Below the pieces are notes generated by a model. The model was not told where the DNA came from and did not search any database. It saw only the letters and a list, made by a program, of their open reading frames with translations. This document shows, piece after piece, positions 20,583-29,576 of a stretch of 64,000 bases of DNA. The first letter of the stretch is position 1, and the number at the start of each line of letters is the position of its first letter. The DNA lies in contig CAYLKA010000004.1 of assembly GCA_964384125.1 (NCBI GenBank), positions 5,576 through 69,575 on the forward strand, read 5' to 3'. A program made the translations under genes and the position numbers. The stretch comes from an uncultured Gammaproteobacteria bacterium. Lineage in GTDB: Bacteria; Pseudomonadota; Gammaproteobacteria; Steroidobacterales; Rariloculaceae.

Positions 20583-21356
20583 TCAGCGCTCCACCGTACC
20601 CTGTGTCGCGAATAAGCGGTCGGTAGTCGGCTGAGGAACATCCCAGCCCCTTGCCCAGTAGATGAATGGCGTATCGAAAGCCGCGATGAACACCTTGAAG
20701 AAGTATTTCGCCAGAGCGAGTCGAAAAGCCGTTTCTAGATCGAATATCCCCCACCAGACAATGACGGCATAGAGTACGGTGTCTAGTGCCTGGGACGTGA
20801 TCGTAGACAGATTGTTGCGTATCCACAGGTGCTTTCCCTGAGTCCACTCCTTTACCTTGTGGAAGAGCCAAACGTCGAAGCTCTGACTGATCAGATAGGC
20901 CAACAGCGAACCGAACACGAACCTTGGGGTGAAGTCGAGAATTCTGGAGAAGGCCTGATGAATCTCGCCCGAGAATACGATCGACTCTGGGCGCGAAGAA
21001 GGCAAGTAAAGCAGGCTCATGCTCATCATCACTACGATGATGACGCTCACGCCAAAACCGAGAAGAACGGCTTGATTGGCGACGGCGCGGCCGTACTTCT
21101 CGCCCAGTAGGTCGGTCGCGAAGAAAATACTGGAGTAGAAGATTACACCCAGGCTGGTCTCCATGCCCAAGATCACCGTCAGTTTCGGACCCTGCAAGTT
21201 GGCTAACAGGATCGCGAGCACGATCGCTGCGGTCAGTCCCAGCCGGCCAAACAGACGGTAAAGGAGAAGCGTCATGGACAGATCGAGCGCGAGCGTGATC
21301 AGCCACAGTAAATCCTGGTTCTGGTGAAAGAATGAGACTACCGAATCAGGAATCAT
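20583..21356 (-). CDS. yhhQ: Queuosine-precursor transporter (YhhQ/DUF165, VUT family)
   Basis: The ORF extends to 21413. I prefer ATG 21356. It is a multi-TM protein with the YhhQ pattern SQSFDVWLFHKVK...HLWIRNNLSTITSQALDTVLY. Confidence 0.75.
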   Translation of the reverse strand: MIPDSVVSFFHQNQDLLWLITLALDLSMTLLLYRLFGRLGLTAAIVLAILLANLQGPKLTVILGMETSLGVIFYSSIFFATDLLGEKYGRAVANQAVLLGFGVSVIIVVMMSMSLLYLPSSRPESIVFSGEIHQAFSRILDFTPRFVFGSLLAYLISQSFDVWLFHKVKEWTQGKHLWIRNNLSTITSQALDTVLYAVIVWWGIFDLETAFRLALAKYFFKVFIAAFDTPFIYWARGWDVPQPTTDRLFATQGTVER

Positions 21357-21468
21357 GAAACCTTGTGTCCAGATGAGAATCCAAGGGATCAAGCGGGTTT
21401 CCGGAGGTCTCAAACCTGGATCAGTGAAGGTTTCGGACCCACTCGTCGGATCGGTTAGTATATTCGAG

Positions 21469-22518
21469 ATGAGTAGCCGCGTAACTCAATTGACGAACAC
21501 CGGCGACGTGAAGGACGTTTGGGGCCGTTTATTGCGTGATTTGCGGATCTCTGTCATTGATCGGTGTAATTATCGATGTCCCTATTGCATGCCCGCCGAA
21601 GTCTACGGCGAAGGGTATGAATTTCTCCCAAGGCGCCATTGGCTGACGCCCGGAGAGATCAAACGAATCGCCGGGTTGTTTATGCAGCTCGGTGTCACGA
21701 AGTTGCGGGTAACCGGGGGCGAGCCCCTCCTCCGTCGCGATATTGTCGAGATCGTGAGTGCACTGAAAGAATTGCACGGGCTCGACCTGGCTCTTACCAC
21801 TAACGGGACCCTGCTTGCTGAGCGTGCGGAGGAGCTTAAGGCGGCCGGCTTGAACCGAATAACCATCAGCCTTGACAGCTTAGACGAGGTTGTTTTTAAG
21901 GAGATGAGCGGCGACAAGGGTGATGTCTCAAGCGTGCTCGAGGGGATCGAGGTGGCCCGCGATGTTGGGTTGTCACCGATCAAGCTCAACGTGGTCGTAC
22001 AGAAGGGCAAGAACGATCACACCGTCTTGGATCTGGTAGATCATTTTCGTGGCTCTGGTGCCATCGTACGATTCATCGAATATATGGATGTGGGTACTTT
22101 GAATGGCTGGCGTATGGATGAGGTCGTCGCGTCGCGTACGCTCATGCAGCAGATCTCGGATCGCTGGCCGTTAAAGCCAGTTGAGCCAAACTATCGCGGC
22201 GAGGTGGCGCGGCGCTACGTATTCGAGGATGGGCAGGGCGAGGTTGGATTTATCTCGTCGGTGAGCGAGCCCTTTTGCGGTGATTGTCACCGGGCACGAC
22301 TGTCTGCAGACGGCACTATCTACACCTGCTTGTTCGCTAGGCATGGTATCTGCGTGCGTGAACACATCCGCGGGGGTGCCAGTGACGCAGATCTTATCGG
22401 CCTTTTACAGAATCTATGGCGGCATCGTACCGACCGCTACAGCGAGGAGCGCGGTAAGGACGGGGGGGAGGAAAAGACGCCCAAGCCGCGAATCGAGATG
22501 TACAGGATGGGCGGTTGA
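21469..22518 (+). CDS. moaA: GTP 3',8-cyclase MoaA (radical SAM)
   Basis: The ORF starts at 21355. I prefer ATG 21469. It has the radical-SAM cluster CNYRCPYC, the C-terminal cluster CGDCHRARLSADGTIYTC and a terminal GG. Confidence 0.92.
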   Translation: MSSRVTQLTNTGDVKDVWGRLLRDLRISVIDRCNYRCPYCMPAEVYGEGYEFLPRRHWLTPGEIKRIAGLFMQLGVTKLRVTGGEPLLRRDIVEIVSALKELHGLDLALTTNGTLLAERAEELKAAGLNRITISLDSLDEVVFKEMSGDKGDVSSVLEGIEVARDVGLSPIKLNVVVQKGKNDHTVLDLVDHFRGSGAIVRFIEYMDVGTLNGWRMDEVVASRTLMQQISDRWPLKPVEPNYRGEVARRYVFEDGQGEVGFISSVSEPFCGDCHRARLSADGTIYTCLFARHGICVREHIRGGASDADLIGLLQNLWRHRTDRYSEERGKDGGEEKTPKPRIEMYRMGG

Positions 22519-22992
22519 ATGCTAACCCATGTCGATGAGGCGAACCGCCCTACTATGGTTGACGTCGGTGATAAGGTCGTGACGCGGCGAACTGCAAGCG
22601 CCCGTGCCGTGGTGGTGTTTCCTGAGGAAACCTTGAAGAGTCAAGGGGATGTGCTGCAAACCAAGAAGGGTCCGGTGATCGACACTGCGATCGTTGCCGG
22701 TGTAATGGCCGCAAAACGGACGCACGAGCTGATTCCGTTCTGTCATCCCATCCCGCTCGAAGATTGTGCGATCACGATTGACTGGAACGCCGAGCGGGAG
22801 TTAGTCATTCAGTGTTCCGTGCGCGCAACCCATAAGACAGGGGTCGAAATGGAGGCGCTCACCGGTGCGTCCGCAGCCGCATTGACGGTCTATGATATGT
22901 GCAAGGCACTGTCCCACGGCATTCGGATTCGTGAATTGTCGCTGGTGTCCAAGACCGGTGGTAAGGCTGACTACGCCGAAGCGTTGAAGTAA
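22519..22992 (+). CDS. moaC: Cyclic pyranopterin monophosphate synthase MoaC
   Basis: 157 aa; the ATG immediately follows the moaA stop. The MoaC pattern is LTHVD...MVDVGDK, LIPFCHP and [24 protein letters not shown]. Confidence 0.93.
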   Translation: MLTHVDEANRPTMVDVGDKVVTRRTASARAVVVFPEETLKSQGDVLQTKKGPVIDTAIVAGVMAAKRTHELIPFCHPIPLEDCAITIDWNAERELVIQCSVRATHKTGVEMEALTGASAAALTVYDMCKALSHGIRIRELSLVSKTGGKADYAEALK

Positions 22993-22996
22993 AGCG

Positions 22997-23239
22997 ATGA
23001 TCGGTGTGACGGCAAAGTACTTCGCAGTTTTCCGGGAGCAGGCCGGGCAAGACACCGAACCGCTGTCCACTTATGCGACCACTGCGGGGGAGCTCTTTGT
23101 CGAGATCGCTACCCGTCACGGTTTCGCTGATCCGATGGCGCGTTGCAAGGTCGCGATCAATGACGAGCTTGCGGGTTGGGAAGAGAAGATCTCCGAGGGG
23201 GATGTCGTTTTGTTCTTCCCGCCGGTTGCCGGAGGCTGA
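22997..23239 (+). CDS. moaD: Molybdopterin synthase sulfur carrier subunit MoaD
   Basis: 80 aa with a ubiquitin-like fold pattern (YFAVFREQAG). The C-terminus ends in GG. Confidence 0.85.
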   Translation: MIGVTAKYFAVFREQAGQDTEPLSTYATTAGELFVEIATRHGFADPMARCKVAINDELAGWEEKISEGDVVLFFPPVAGG

Positions 23240-23245
23240 TCGGCT

Positions 23246-23698
23246 TTGAATCGATCGACGTTTGAAATCACCGACCGAGCGATTGACACCACCGAGCTGA
23301 CCGAGCGGCTGCGGAGCGATTCTGCGGGCGCGTACGCATCTTTCGAAGGTTGGGTTCGGAACTTGAACGAGGGTCAGGACGTGACTGCTCTAGAGTATGA
23401 GGCCCACGGCCCTGTTGCTGTCAGCGAGGGCGAAAAAATTCTGGCCGAGGCGCGAGAGCGTTTTGGTTTATTGGCAGCCTCGAGTTTTCATCGAGTGGGT
23501 CGACTAGAGATCGGCGACTGTGCGGTGTGGGTGGGAGTGAGCGCGGCCCATCGAGGCGTAGCCTTCGATGGGTGTCGTTACATTATTGATGAGCTCAAGC
23601 AGCGTCTACCAATATGGAAGAAGGAGCATTACAGGGACGGACACTCGGACTGGATTAACTGTCTGACCAGCCAGAGCGGGAAGCAGGGCAGTGCATAG
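23246..23698 (+). CDS. moaE: Molybdopterin synthase catalytic subunit MoaE
   Basis: 150 aa with a TTG start. The MoaE pattern is GAYASFEGWVRN...LEYEAH...VSAAHRGVAF...LPIWKKEHY. Confidence 0.88.
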   Translation: MNRSTFEITDRAIDTTELTERLRSDSAGAYASFEGWVRNLNEGQDVTALEYEAHGPVAVSEGEKILAEARERFGLLAASSFHRVGRLEIGDCAVWVGVSAAHRGVAFDGCRYIIDELKQRLPIWKKEHYRDGHSDWINCLTSQSGKQGSA

Positions 23699-23701
23699 CC
23701 A

Positions 23702-24325
23702 TTAGCGGCGAAAATCCCGATCATACAGCCGCGCTCTATCCCTGACCGTATCAACATCGAATGCCGCTTCTGGCATCGGCACGATGCCCAAGACACCGAC
23801 CTCCTCGCGCAAAAAGCGCCGCGCGCCGACATCTCCGGTTAGCTGGCTTGCCTTTGGCCAAAGCCTGCGCGGCAACACCACAGGCACGCCTACTTGTCCG
23901 GTGTACTGAGCGGCTGCGGCTTGCCCCGGATGGTTTTGCCAGACATGCACTAGACGGCGTAGGGAGTTGGCGCCAACCCCAGGCTGGTCACAGACGAGCA
24001 AAAGCGCTGCGTCTGCCCGCGCGGGTAACGTTGACAGCCCGATGCCGAGCGAGCCCGCCATACCTTCGGACCAATCTGCGTTGGTGATCGTATATACGTT
24101 GGGATGATAACGTCTCAGCAATAGCCGAAGCTTCAGGGCGTGGGCGCCCAAGACGACCAGCACTTGGCCGGGCGTTACAGCCTCGGCGGCAACAATCGCG
24201 TGACTGAGCAACGATCGAGAACGAAACCGCAGAAGTTGCTTAGGCATTCCCAATCGGCTGGACCCCCCCGCCGCCAGAATCAGGCTCCATAGGCCAGTCG
24301 GTTCATTGCGGCCTGAATCTCTCAT
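23702..24325 (-). CDS. MobA-like NTP transferase (molybdenum cofactor cytidylyl/guanylyl-transferase, MocA-like)
   Basis: The ORF extends to 24715, but homology begins near ATG 24325 (alternative 24367). The nucleotide-binding motif is LILAAGGSSRLGMPKQLL. It also has LLLVCDQPGV. It converges on moaE with a 3-nt gap. Confidence 0.7.
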   Translation of the reverse strand: MRDSGRNEPTGLWSLILAAGGSSRLGMPKQLLRFRSRSLLSHAIVAAEAVTPGQVLVVLGAHALKLRLLLRRYHPNVYTITNADWSEGMAGSLGIGLSTLPARADAALLLVCDQPGVGANSLRRLVHVWQNHPGQAAAAQYTGQVGVPVVLPRRLWPKASQLTGDVGARRFLREEVGVLGIVPMPEAAFDVDTVRDRARLYDRDFRR

Positions 24326-24506
24326 CCGGAGACTATAACGCAGGTCCCAAAGCCAGGAACGTTGCATAACTTGAATCCCTGCCGTGTAACTATAAAAGTT
24401 TCCGTAGGATGCCTGCTGCCATCGCGTCTCGGTTGTGGAATCGGTTAGTCTATGCGGGCGTTCCGAATGTCCTACTAATAAGATAGAAGCGCGAACACGG
24501 GAATCA

Positions 24507-24986
24507 ATGAGTATTCGTTTGGGCCTAGCGCGACGGCGCAATGTGACGGCTATTGCAGCGATGTCTCGCGGGTTGATTGAGCACGGACTTCCTGAGATGT
24601 GGAACGAGCGTCGAATCTCGAAGTGCATTTCCAATCCTGATTGTGTGGTCCTCGTGGCGCGAGATCGGCGCCGACTGGCCGGCTTCGCAGTGGCGGAGTT
24701 CTGGGACGACCGCATTCACATCAATCTCTTCTGTGTGGCGCCGTCGTATCAGCGCCAAGGGGTTGGGCGCAGCCTGCTGGAGTGGCTGGAATCCTCCGCA
24801 AAAACGGCTGGGACGTTTCTGATGCACTTGGAGGTGCGAGAGTCTAATGCTGGTGCTCGGGACTTTTATAAGAAGCAGGGCTTCGTCGAAACCGGGCTCC
24901 GGAGGGGTTATTACGCTGGGCAGGAGGACGCCGTGCGACTGGCTCGTGATCTTAGGGTTACCTCAGCCTCCTCCCCATCATTCTGA
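24507..24986 (+). CDS. GNAT family N-acetyltransferase
   Basis: The ORF starts at 24435; I prefer ATG 24507. The acetyl-CoA motif is VAPSYQRQGVGRSLL, followed by NAGARDFYKKQGF. Confidence 0.8.
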   Translation: MSIRLGLARRRNVTAIAAMSRGLIEHGLPEMWNERRISKCISNPDCVVLVARDRRRLAGFAVAEFWDDRIHINLFCVAPSYQRQGVGRSLLEWLESSAKTAGTFLMHLEVRESNAGARDFYKKQGFVETGLRRGYYAGQEDAVRLARDLRVTSASSPSF

Positions 24987-25069
24987 GGAACGCGTTCCGT
25001 GCTCCAACGCCAGACTATCAAGTACACTGAAAGGCCGATTTTTCTCGGAAGCATCGAGGAGAGAATCCT

Positions 25070-26197
25070 ATGGCTGTAAAACAGTGGAGTGGCCTCTTGC
25101 TCGTTGGAATGTGTCTTGCGAGCGTGACTTCGTCCGCGCACCACGGCGGGTCCGTATACGATACGTCGGGGCCGGTCACACTTCGCGGTCAGGTGCCGCA
25201 GTTCGGGTTTGTGTTTCCACACGTGTGGGTCTACTTCGCCGTGCAGGGGGGAGAGGGGCCCACCGTGGAGTGGTCGGGTGAGCTGACCACGCCGCTTCGG
25301 CTGGCGCGTGGCGTTGGTGGTGGTGGGGCTTCGAATGATGTTCGCTGGACGACCGAGACGCTTCAGCCCGGTGACTTGTTGGAGGTCACGGGTGACCCAG
25401 CTCGAAACGGGGCTCCCTCGATGCGCATTCGCAGGATCGTCGACGCGACCGGTCAGGCGCTCCTTGGCGGTAACGAAGGAGATGTGCGCACCGCGACCTC
25501 GGTTGAATCGGCTGCTCCCGAGTCGGTATCCGGTGTGGACCTAAGCGGTGTCTGGATGCGCCGCTACAACGCCTCATACCAGAACTATGCTTTTACCGAA
25601 GACCCGCCGTCCATGACGGCTTGGGCGAGGGAGCGGTTCGAGGCGACGAAGCCGACGTTCGGCCCACGCGGCGTCGCGGTCGTCGAGACCAATGATCCGG
25701 CGTACCAGTGCCTACCGCCCGGGACTCCGCGCATTTATGCTCATCCCGCCCCGTTCGAGATCGTCCATACGCCTGACCGAGTAATACTCGCTTACGAATA
25801 CCAAAACCGGGTGCGACACGTTTTCACCGATGGCCGAGAGCATCGCGAAGGCCGGCCACCCACGTGGATGGGAGAATCGATAGGACGCTGGGAAGGTGAG
25901 ACCCTCATCGTCGACACACGGAACTTCAATGATCAGACTTGGCTCGATCGTCGGGGGTTGCCGCACAGTGACCAGTTGCGCGTGCTAGAGCGTATCAGCC
26001 GAAGCGGCGAGAATGGGTTGACTATCGAGATTACGGTCGAGGACCCTGTGGCGTTTCCAAATCCCTGGACTGCACGGCGAGTCTTCGAGAGAGTCGACTG
26101 GCGGCTCGAGGAGAGCGTCTGCCTCGATAACGCTTCGTTCTCGGAATACGAGCGATCCTTGCTCGATTACAGCGGGGATTCCGCCTCGAGCCAATAA
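25070..26197 (+). CDS. Secreted two-domain His-His protein, paralogue 2 (function unknown)
   Basis: GAGGAG Shine-Dalgarno. Signal peptide ...SVTSSA, then HHGGSVYD. The N-domain has FVFPHVWVYF...VEWSGEL...GDLLEVTG. The C-domain has DPAYQCLPPGTPRI, GESIGRWEGETLIVDTRNF, GLPHSD, LERI, VEDPV and ESVCLD. Confidence 0.85.
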   Translation: MAVKQWSGLLLVGMCLASVTSSAHHGGSVYDTSGPVTLRGQVPQFGFVFPHVWVYFAVQGGEGPTVEWSGELTTPLRLARGVGGGGASNDVRWTTETLQPGDLLEVTGDPARNGAPSMRIRRIVDATGQALLGGNEGDVRTATSVESAAPESVSGVDLSGVWMRRYNASYQNYAFTEDPPSMTAWARERFEATKPTFGPRGVAVVETNDPAYQCLPPGTPRIYAHPAPFEIVHTPDRVILAYEYQNRVRHVFTDGREHREGRPPTWMGESIGRWEGETLIVDTRNFNDQTWLDRRGLPHSDQLRVLERISRSGENGLTIEITVEDPVAFPNPWTARRVFERVDWRLEESVCLDNASFSEYERSLLDYSGDSASSQ

Positions 26198-26224
26198 GAC
26201 CGATCACCTTTATCCGGAGGCCTC

Positions 26225-28558
26225 ATGCCATTTCACAAAAAACTCGTCCGAATAACACTAATAATCATGGTAGCGGTCGTTAGCGGCTGCACCGGATCCG
26301 TCTCGTCCGAATCGCTCGAGGCGCTTGCGAATGCTTCGCTGGCCCAGATCGATGGAGAGTTGCAGGTTCCGGGCCTGAGGGAGCCTGTCGAAGTAATTCG
26401 CGACGAATGGGGTGTCCCGCACATCTATGCCCGAAATGACGATGACCTCTTTTTCGCCCAGGGGTACGTCATGGCTCAAGACCGGCTTTGGCAAATGGAG
26501 ATGTGGCGGCGATGGCGCGAAGGTCGTCTCGCGGAGATCTTTGGGCCAGCAGCGCTTGATTATGATCGTCGTGTCCGCTTGATGATGTTTCGTGGCCCTT
26601 TTGACGTGACTGAATGGACCAGTTATCACCCTGATGCCGAACGTTTATTCACGGCACATGCTAACGGGGTCAATGCATATATTGAGAGCAATAGGGATAA
26701 CCTCCCAGTCGAATTTCAGCTGACGGGCATTGTTCCAGAACCGTGGACGGCAGAGACCATCGTTTTGCGCTGGGCATCGCTTGCAGTTCCAAGTGTTCGT
26801 GGACACGCCATACATGAAATGCAGCTTGCATTAAATGTTGCGCGCTTGGGTGTAGAAGAAGCTAATAGGCTTGCAGCGCCTGATCCATGGGATGATTTGG
26901 TCGTTCCTGAAGGTCTGGATCTGAGCATTCTTACCGAAGAACTGCTGGAGGCTATGCGTGCAGGGGATGATGACCCATTTGTAGCTGGCAGACTTCCGCC
27001 GCTTGAGATTCTTGAGCCTTATCGTGGCTTGGTGGCATCTGACGGCGTGCGGGTGGCCCAAGTTTCTCCATTACCGATTGCGACCGAGGGTAGTAACAAC
27101 TGGGTTGTGAGCCCAAACCGCTCGCCGACAGGCGTACCAATTCTAGCCAATGACCCTCACCGGCGTATTGAGATGCCGGCCCTCCGGTACTTTGTGCATC
27201 TCGTTGCCCCAGGTTGGAATGTAATTGGTGGTGGAGAGCCGCCGTTCGCTGGCGTGGACGCGGGAAATAATGAACACATCGCGTGGGGATTTACCTTTGC
27301 TGGCACCGACATGGTGGATGTGTTCGTTGAAGAGATGCATCCTGAGGACCCGAACCTCGTGCGTTGGCAGGATGGCTGGGAACCTCTCCGTATCATCGAA
27401 GAAGAGATTCCGGTCAAAGGACAGGAGCCGGAATCTGTTGTCTTGAAATTTAGTCGTCATGGGCCTGTTTTTTACGAAGATCTGAATAATCGTCGCGCCT
27501 ACGCTGCTCGATCAGTCGTTCAGGAGCCAGGAACCGCCGCTTATAAAGGCAGTTTTCAGTTAGCTCAGGCTGAGAGTTGCGGAGATTTTTTTGAGCGAGC
27601 AATGCATTGGTTGGTTCCAAGTCACAGCCTGATCTGTGGAGATGTTGATGGCAATATTGCTCTGCAAGTGACCGGGTTTACCCCAGATCGTAATGGCTGG
27701 AATGGGCGCTTACCGGTGCCTGGGACGGGGAAGTACGAGTGGCTTGGTTCCCGAGTAGATCTTCCTAGGGAGTACAACCCGGAACGAGGCTATATCGCTA
27801 CCGCCAACAATAACGTTCACCCGCCTGGGTACGAAGGCAGACCAGTTTTTTACCACTCTTCAGTGGGTGTTGAGACGTCGCGGATAACCCGGCTTCATCA
27901 GGTTTTAGGCTCTACCGAGGTGCCTACTCTTGATGAACATATTCAGATCCAACAAGACGCTTACTTGCTTGCAGCCGAAAGGGATATTCCGTTATTCAGC
28001 GGGTGGGTTTCAGAAGACCCCGATGTCGAGTGGGCGCGAGATTTGATAGAAGGATGGGACGGGACGCTCTCCAGAGAGAGTACGGCAGGTGCACTTTATG
28101 TGCGATGGAGCGAAGAAGTTGATGAAAGAATAAGACGCTCTGATACGTTATCGTCACAACGCCGCGTATTTGCAGAGGCAGGTCTCAGGTCGGCCCTAGA
28201 TCGTTTAACAGCAGAGTTTGGAGCTGACCGTGATCAGTGGCGACATGGGCGGGTGCATGCGAGTCCACTTCAGCATATGTTTGTCCCCGACTTTGATTTA
28301 CCTGCGGTTGAGCGGCCAGGTGGTTTTGGCTCGCTGAATGCTACCGGGGCTAACTTCCGACGGATAATTGACTTAGCCGATTTGGATCGCTCTGTTGCTA
28401 CTAATGCCCCAGGGCAATCGGCGCAGCCGGGGAGCCCCTATTACGGTAATCTCTCGGAGACCTTAGGAAACGGAGATTATTTTCCACTTTTATATACGCG
28501 CGAAGCTATCGAGGATCGAGCAGCTCATCATTTGACGCTGCATCCAACCGGTCGTTGA
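26225..28558 (+). CDS. Penicillin acylase family Ntn-hydrolase (AHL-acylase/PvdQ-like)
   Basis: 777 aa with a lipoprotein-like leader (VVSGC). It has FFAQGYVMAQDRLWQME. The beta-subunit N-terminal nucleophile context is TEGSNNWVVSP...ILANDPH. Confidence 0.88.
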   Translation: MPFHKKLVRITLIIMVAVVSGCTGSVSSESLEALANASLAQIDGELQVPGLREPVEVIRDEWGVPHIYARNDDDLFFAQGYVMAQDRLWQMEMWRRWREGRLAEIFGPAALDYDRRVRLMMFRGPFDVTEWTSYHPDAERLFTAHANGVNAYIESNRDNLPVEFQLTGIVPEPWTAETIVLRWASLAVPSVRGHAIHEMQLALNVARLGVEEANRLAAPDPWDDLVVPEGLDLSILTEELLEAMRAGDDDPFVAGRLPPLEILEPYRGLVASDGVRVAQVSPLPIATEGSNNWVVSPNRSPTGVPILANDPHRRIEMPALRYFVHLVAPGWNVIGGGEPPFAGVDAGNNEHIAWGFTFAGTDMVDVFVEEMHPEDPNLVRWQDGWEPLRIIEEEIPVKGQEPESVVLKFSRHGPVFYEDLNNRRAYAARSVVQEPGTAAYKGSFQLAQAESCGDFFERAMHWLVPSHSLICGDVDGNIALQVTGFTPDRNGWNGRLPVPGTGKYEWLGSRVDLPREYNPERGYIATANNNVHPPGYEGRPVFYHSSVGVETSRITRLHQVLGSTEVPTLDEHIQIQQDAYLLAAERDIPLFSGWVSEDPDVEWARDLIEGWDGTLSRESTAGALYVRWSEEVDERIRRSDTLSSQRRVFAEAGLRSALDRLTAEFGADRDQWRHGRVHASPLQHMFVPDFDLPAVERPGGFGSLNATGANFRRIIDLADLDRSVATNAPGQSAQPGSPYYGNLSETLGNGDYFPLLYTREAIEDRAAHHLTLHPTGR

Positions 28559-28577
28559 AGCAACCGACCAAGGAAAA

Positions 28578-29549
28578 ATGATGAATCTAAATGGGTTAAT
28601 AAACTTACGGTGGGTCTTGCTAGCCTCAATTATCATGGCGTCCGCTGTTCTAGCACAGGAACAGGATAGCTCTGAGCCATGGAACTGGTCGGATGATTAT
28701 GTGCACTCTATTGTTAATCAGGTCCGAGCTGGTCGTGATCTCAATCCGTCAAGCTGGCCCGGCTCTGCGAGAGTCGCCGTTCTTTTTTCATTTGATGTTG
28801 ATAATGAAACGGTTAAGGGGTTACGCACAGGTGATCCTAGTGTCGGCACCCTTTCTGCGGGACAGTACGGTTCTCGGGTTGCGCTTCCCCGAGTGCTTAG
28901 TCTCCTGGAAGCAGAATCTGTGCCATCAACATTTTTCTTCCCCGCTTGGAGTTTGAAAATAGCTCCGGAACAGGCGGAAATGATTCTAGCGCCTGGCATG
29001 CATGAAATTGGTGTGCATGGTTGGATTCATGAGACCAATACTGCACTAGATGCTGAGACGGAAGCACGTCTTCTCCGGCAGGCTACTGACGCTATTGAGG
29101 ATATCACCGGGTCTCGCCCGGTTGGTTATCGAGCCCCGTCATGGAATCACAGTCCTAACACGTTAAATATTATTCGCGAGATGGAGTTCTTGTACGAAAG
29201 TTCCTTGTTTGCTGATGATCGTCCATACGAGCTTATGCAGAATGGCGAACCAACAGGATTTGTTGAGTTACCAGTCGATTGGATTCTAGACGATGCGCCG
29301 TTTTTCAACCCTTTAGGTAATCGGTATATGAATCCCCGAGATATTCTACAAGTCTGGATTGACGAGTTCGATCGCGCCTGGGAAGAGCGGACCATGTTTC
29401 TTCTGACCCTGCATCCTCACGTCATAGGGCATCGATCCAACATTGTGGCTCTTGAAGGGTTAATTCAACACATAAAGACAAAGGAAGGAGTCTGGTTTGG
29501 GACTCTGGAGGATGCGGCCATTTGGGTGCGTGAGCAGGCCGGTCTGTGA
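28578..29549 (+). CDS. Polysaccharide deacetylase (NodB/CE4-like) family protein, exported
   Basis: 323 aa with a signal peptide. NodB-type motifs are FSFDVDNET, HGWIHE and YRAPSWN. Confidence 0.8.
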   Translation: MMNLNGLINLRWVLLASIIMASAVLAQEQDSSEPWNWSDDYVHSIVNQVRAGRDLNPSSWPGSARVAVLFSFDVDNETVKGLRTGDPSVGTLSAGQYGSRVALPRVLSLLEAESVPSTFFFPAWSLKIAPEQAEMILAPGMHEIGVHGWIHETNTALDAETEARLLRQATDAIEDITGSRPVGYRAPSWNHSPNTLNIIREMEFLYESSLFADDRPYELMQNGEPTGFVELPVDWILDDAPFFNPLGNRYMNPRDILQVWIDEFDRAWEERTMFLLTLHPHVIGHRSNIVALEGLIQHIKTKEGVWFGTLEDAAIWVREQAGL

Positions 29550-29576
29550 TTCTATTGATTAATCACACTTGAAATT

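Noticed and set aside
21357-21468. I looked for a Moco riboswitch in the moaA 5' region, since many Gammaproteobacteria have one.
   Set aside because: I see only a 4-bp hairpin (AGGT/ACCT). I cannot reproduce the multi-stem conserved core from memory. cmsearch with Rfam RF01055 would be needed, so I make no call.
24326-24715. The long N-terminal extension of ORF 23702-24715 (337 aa) overlaps the GNAT gene on the opposite strand.
   Set aside because: The extension is Arg/Ser-rich and low-complexity, with no homology pattern. The MobA-like domain begins at the internal Met, so I treat the extension as upstream read-through of an open frame.
24987-24998. A perfect 12-bp palindrome GGAACGCGTTCC lies 72 bp upstream of paralogue 2. 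A 7-bp inverted repeat CTTGTTG-N13-CAACAAG at 33030-33056 lies upstream of the DoxX-like gene. Either could be an operator.
   Set aside because: About 16 perfect 12-bp palindromes are expected by chance in 64 kb. No regulator gene is adjacent, and the motifs are not shared between the loci. I note them only as places to look if a regulator is identified.
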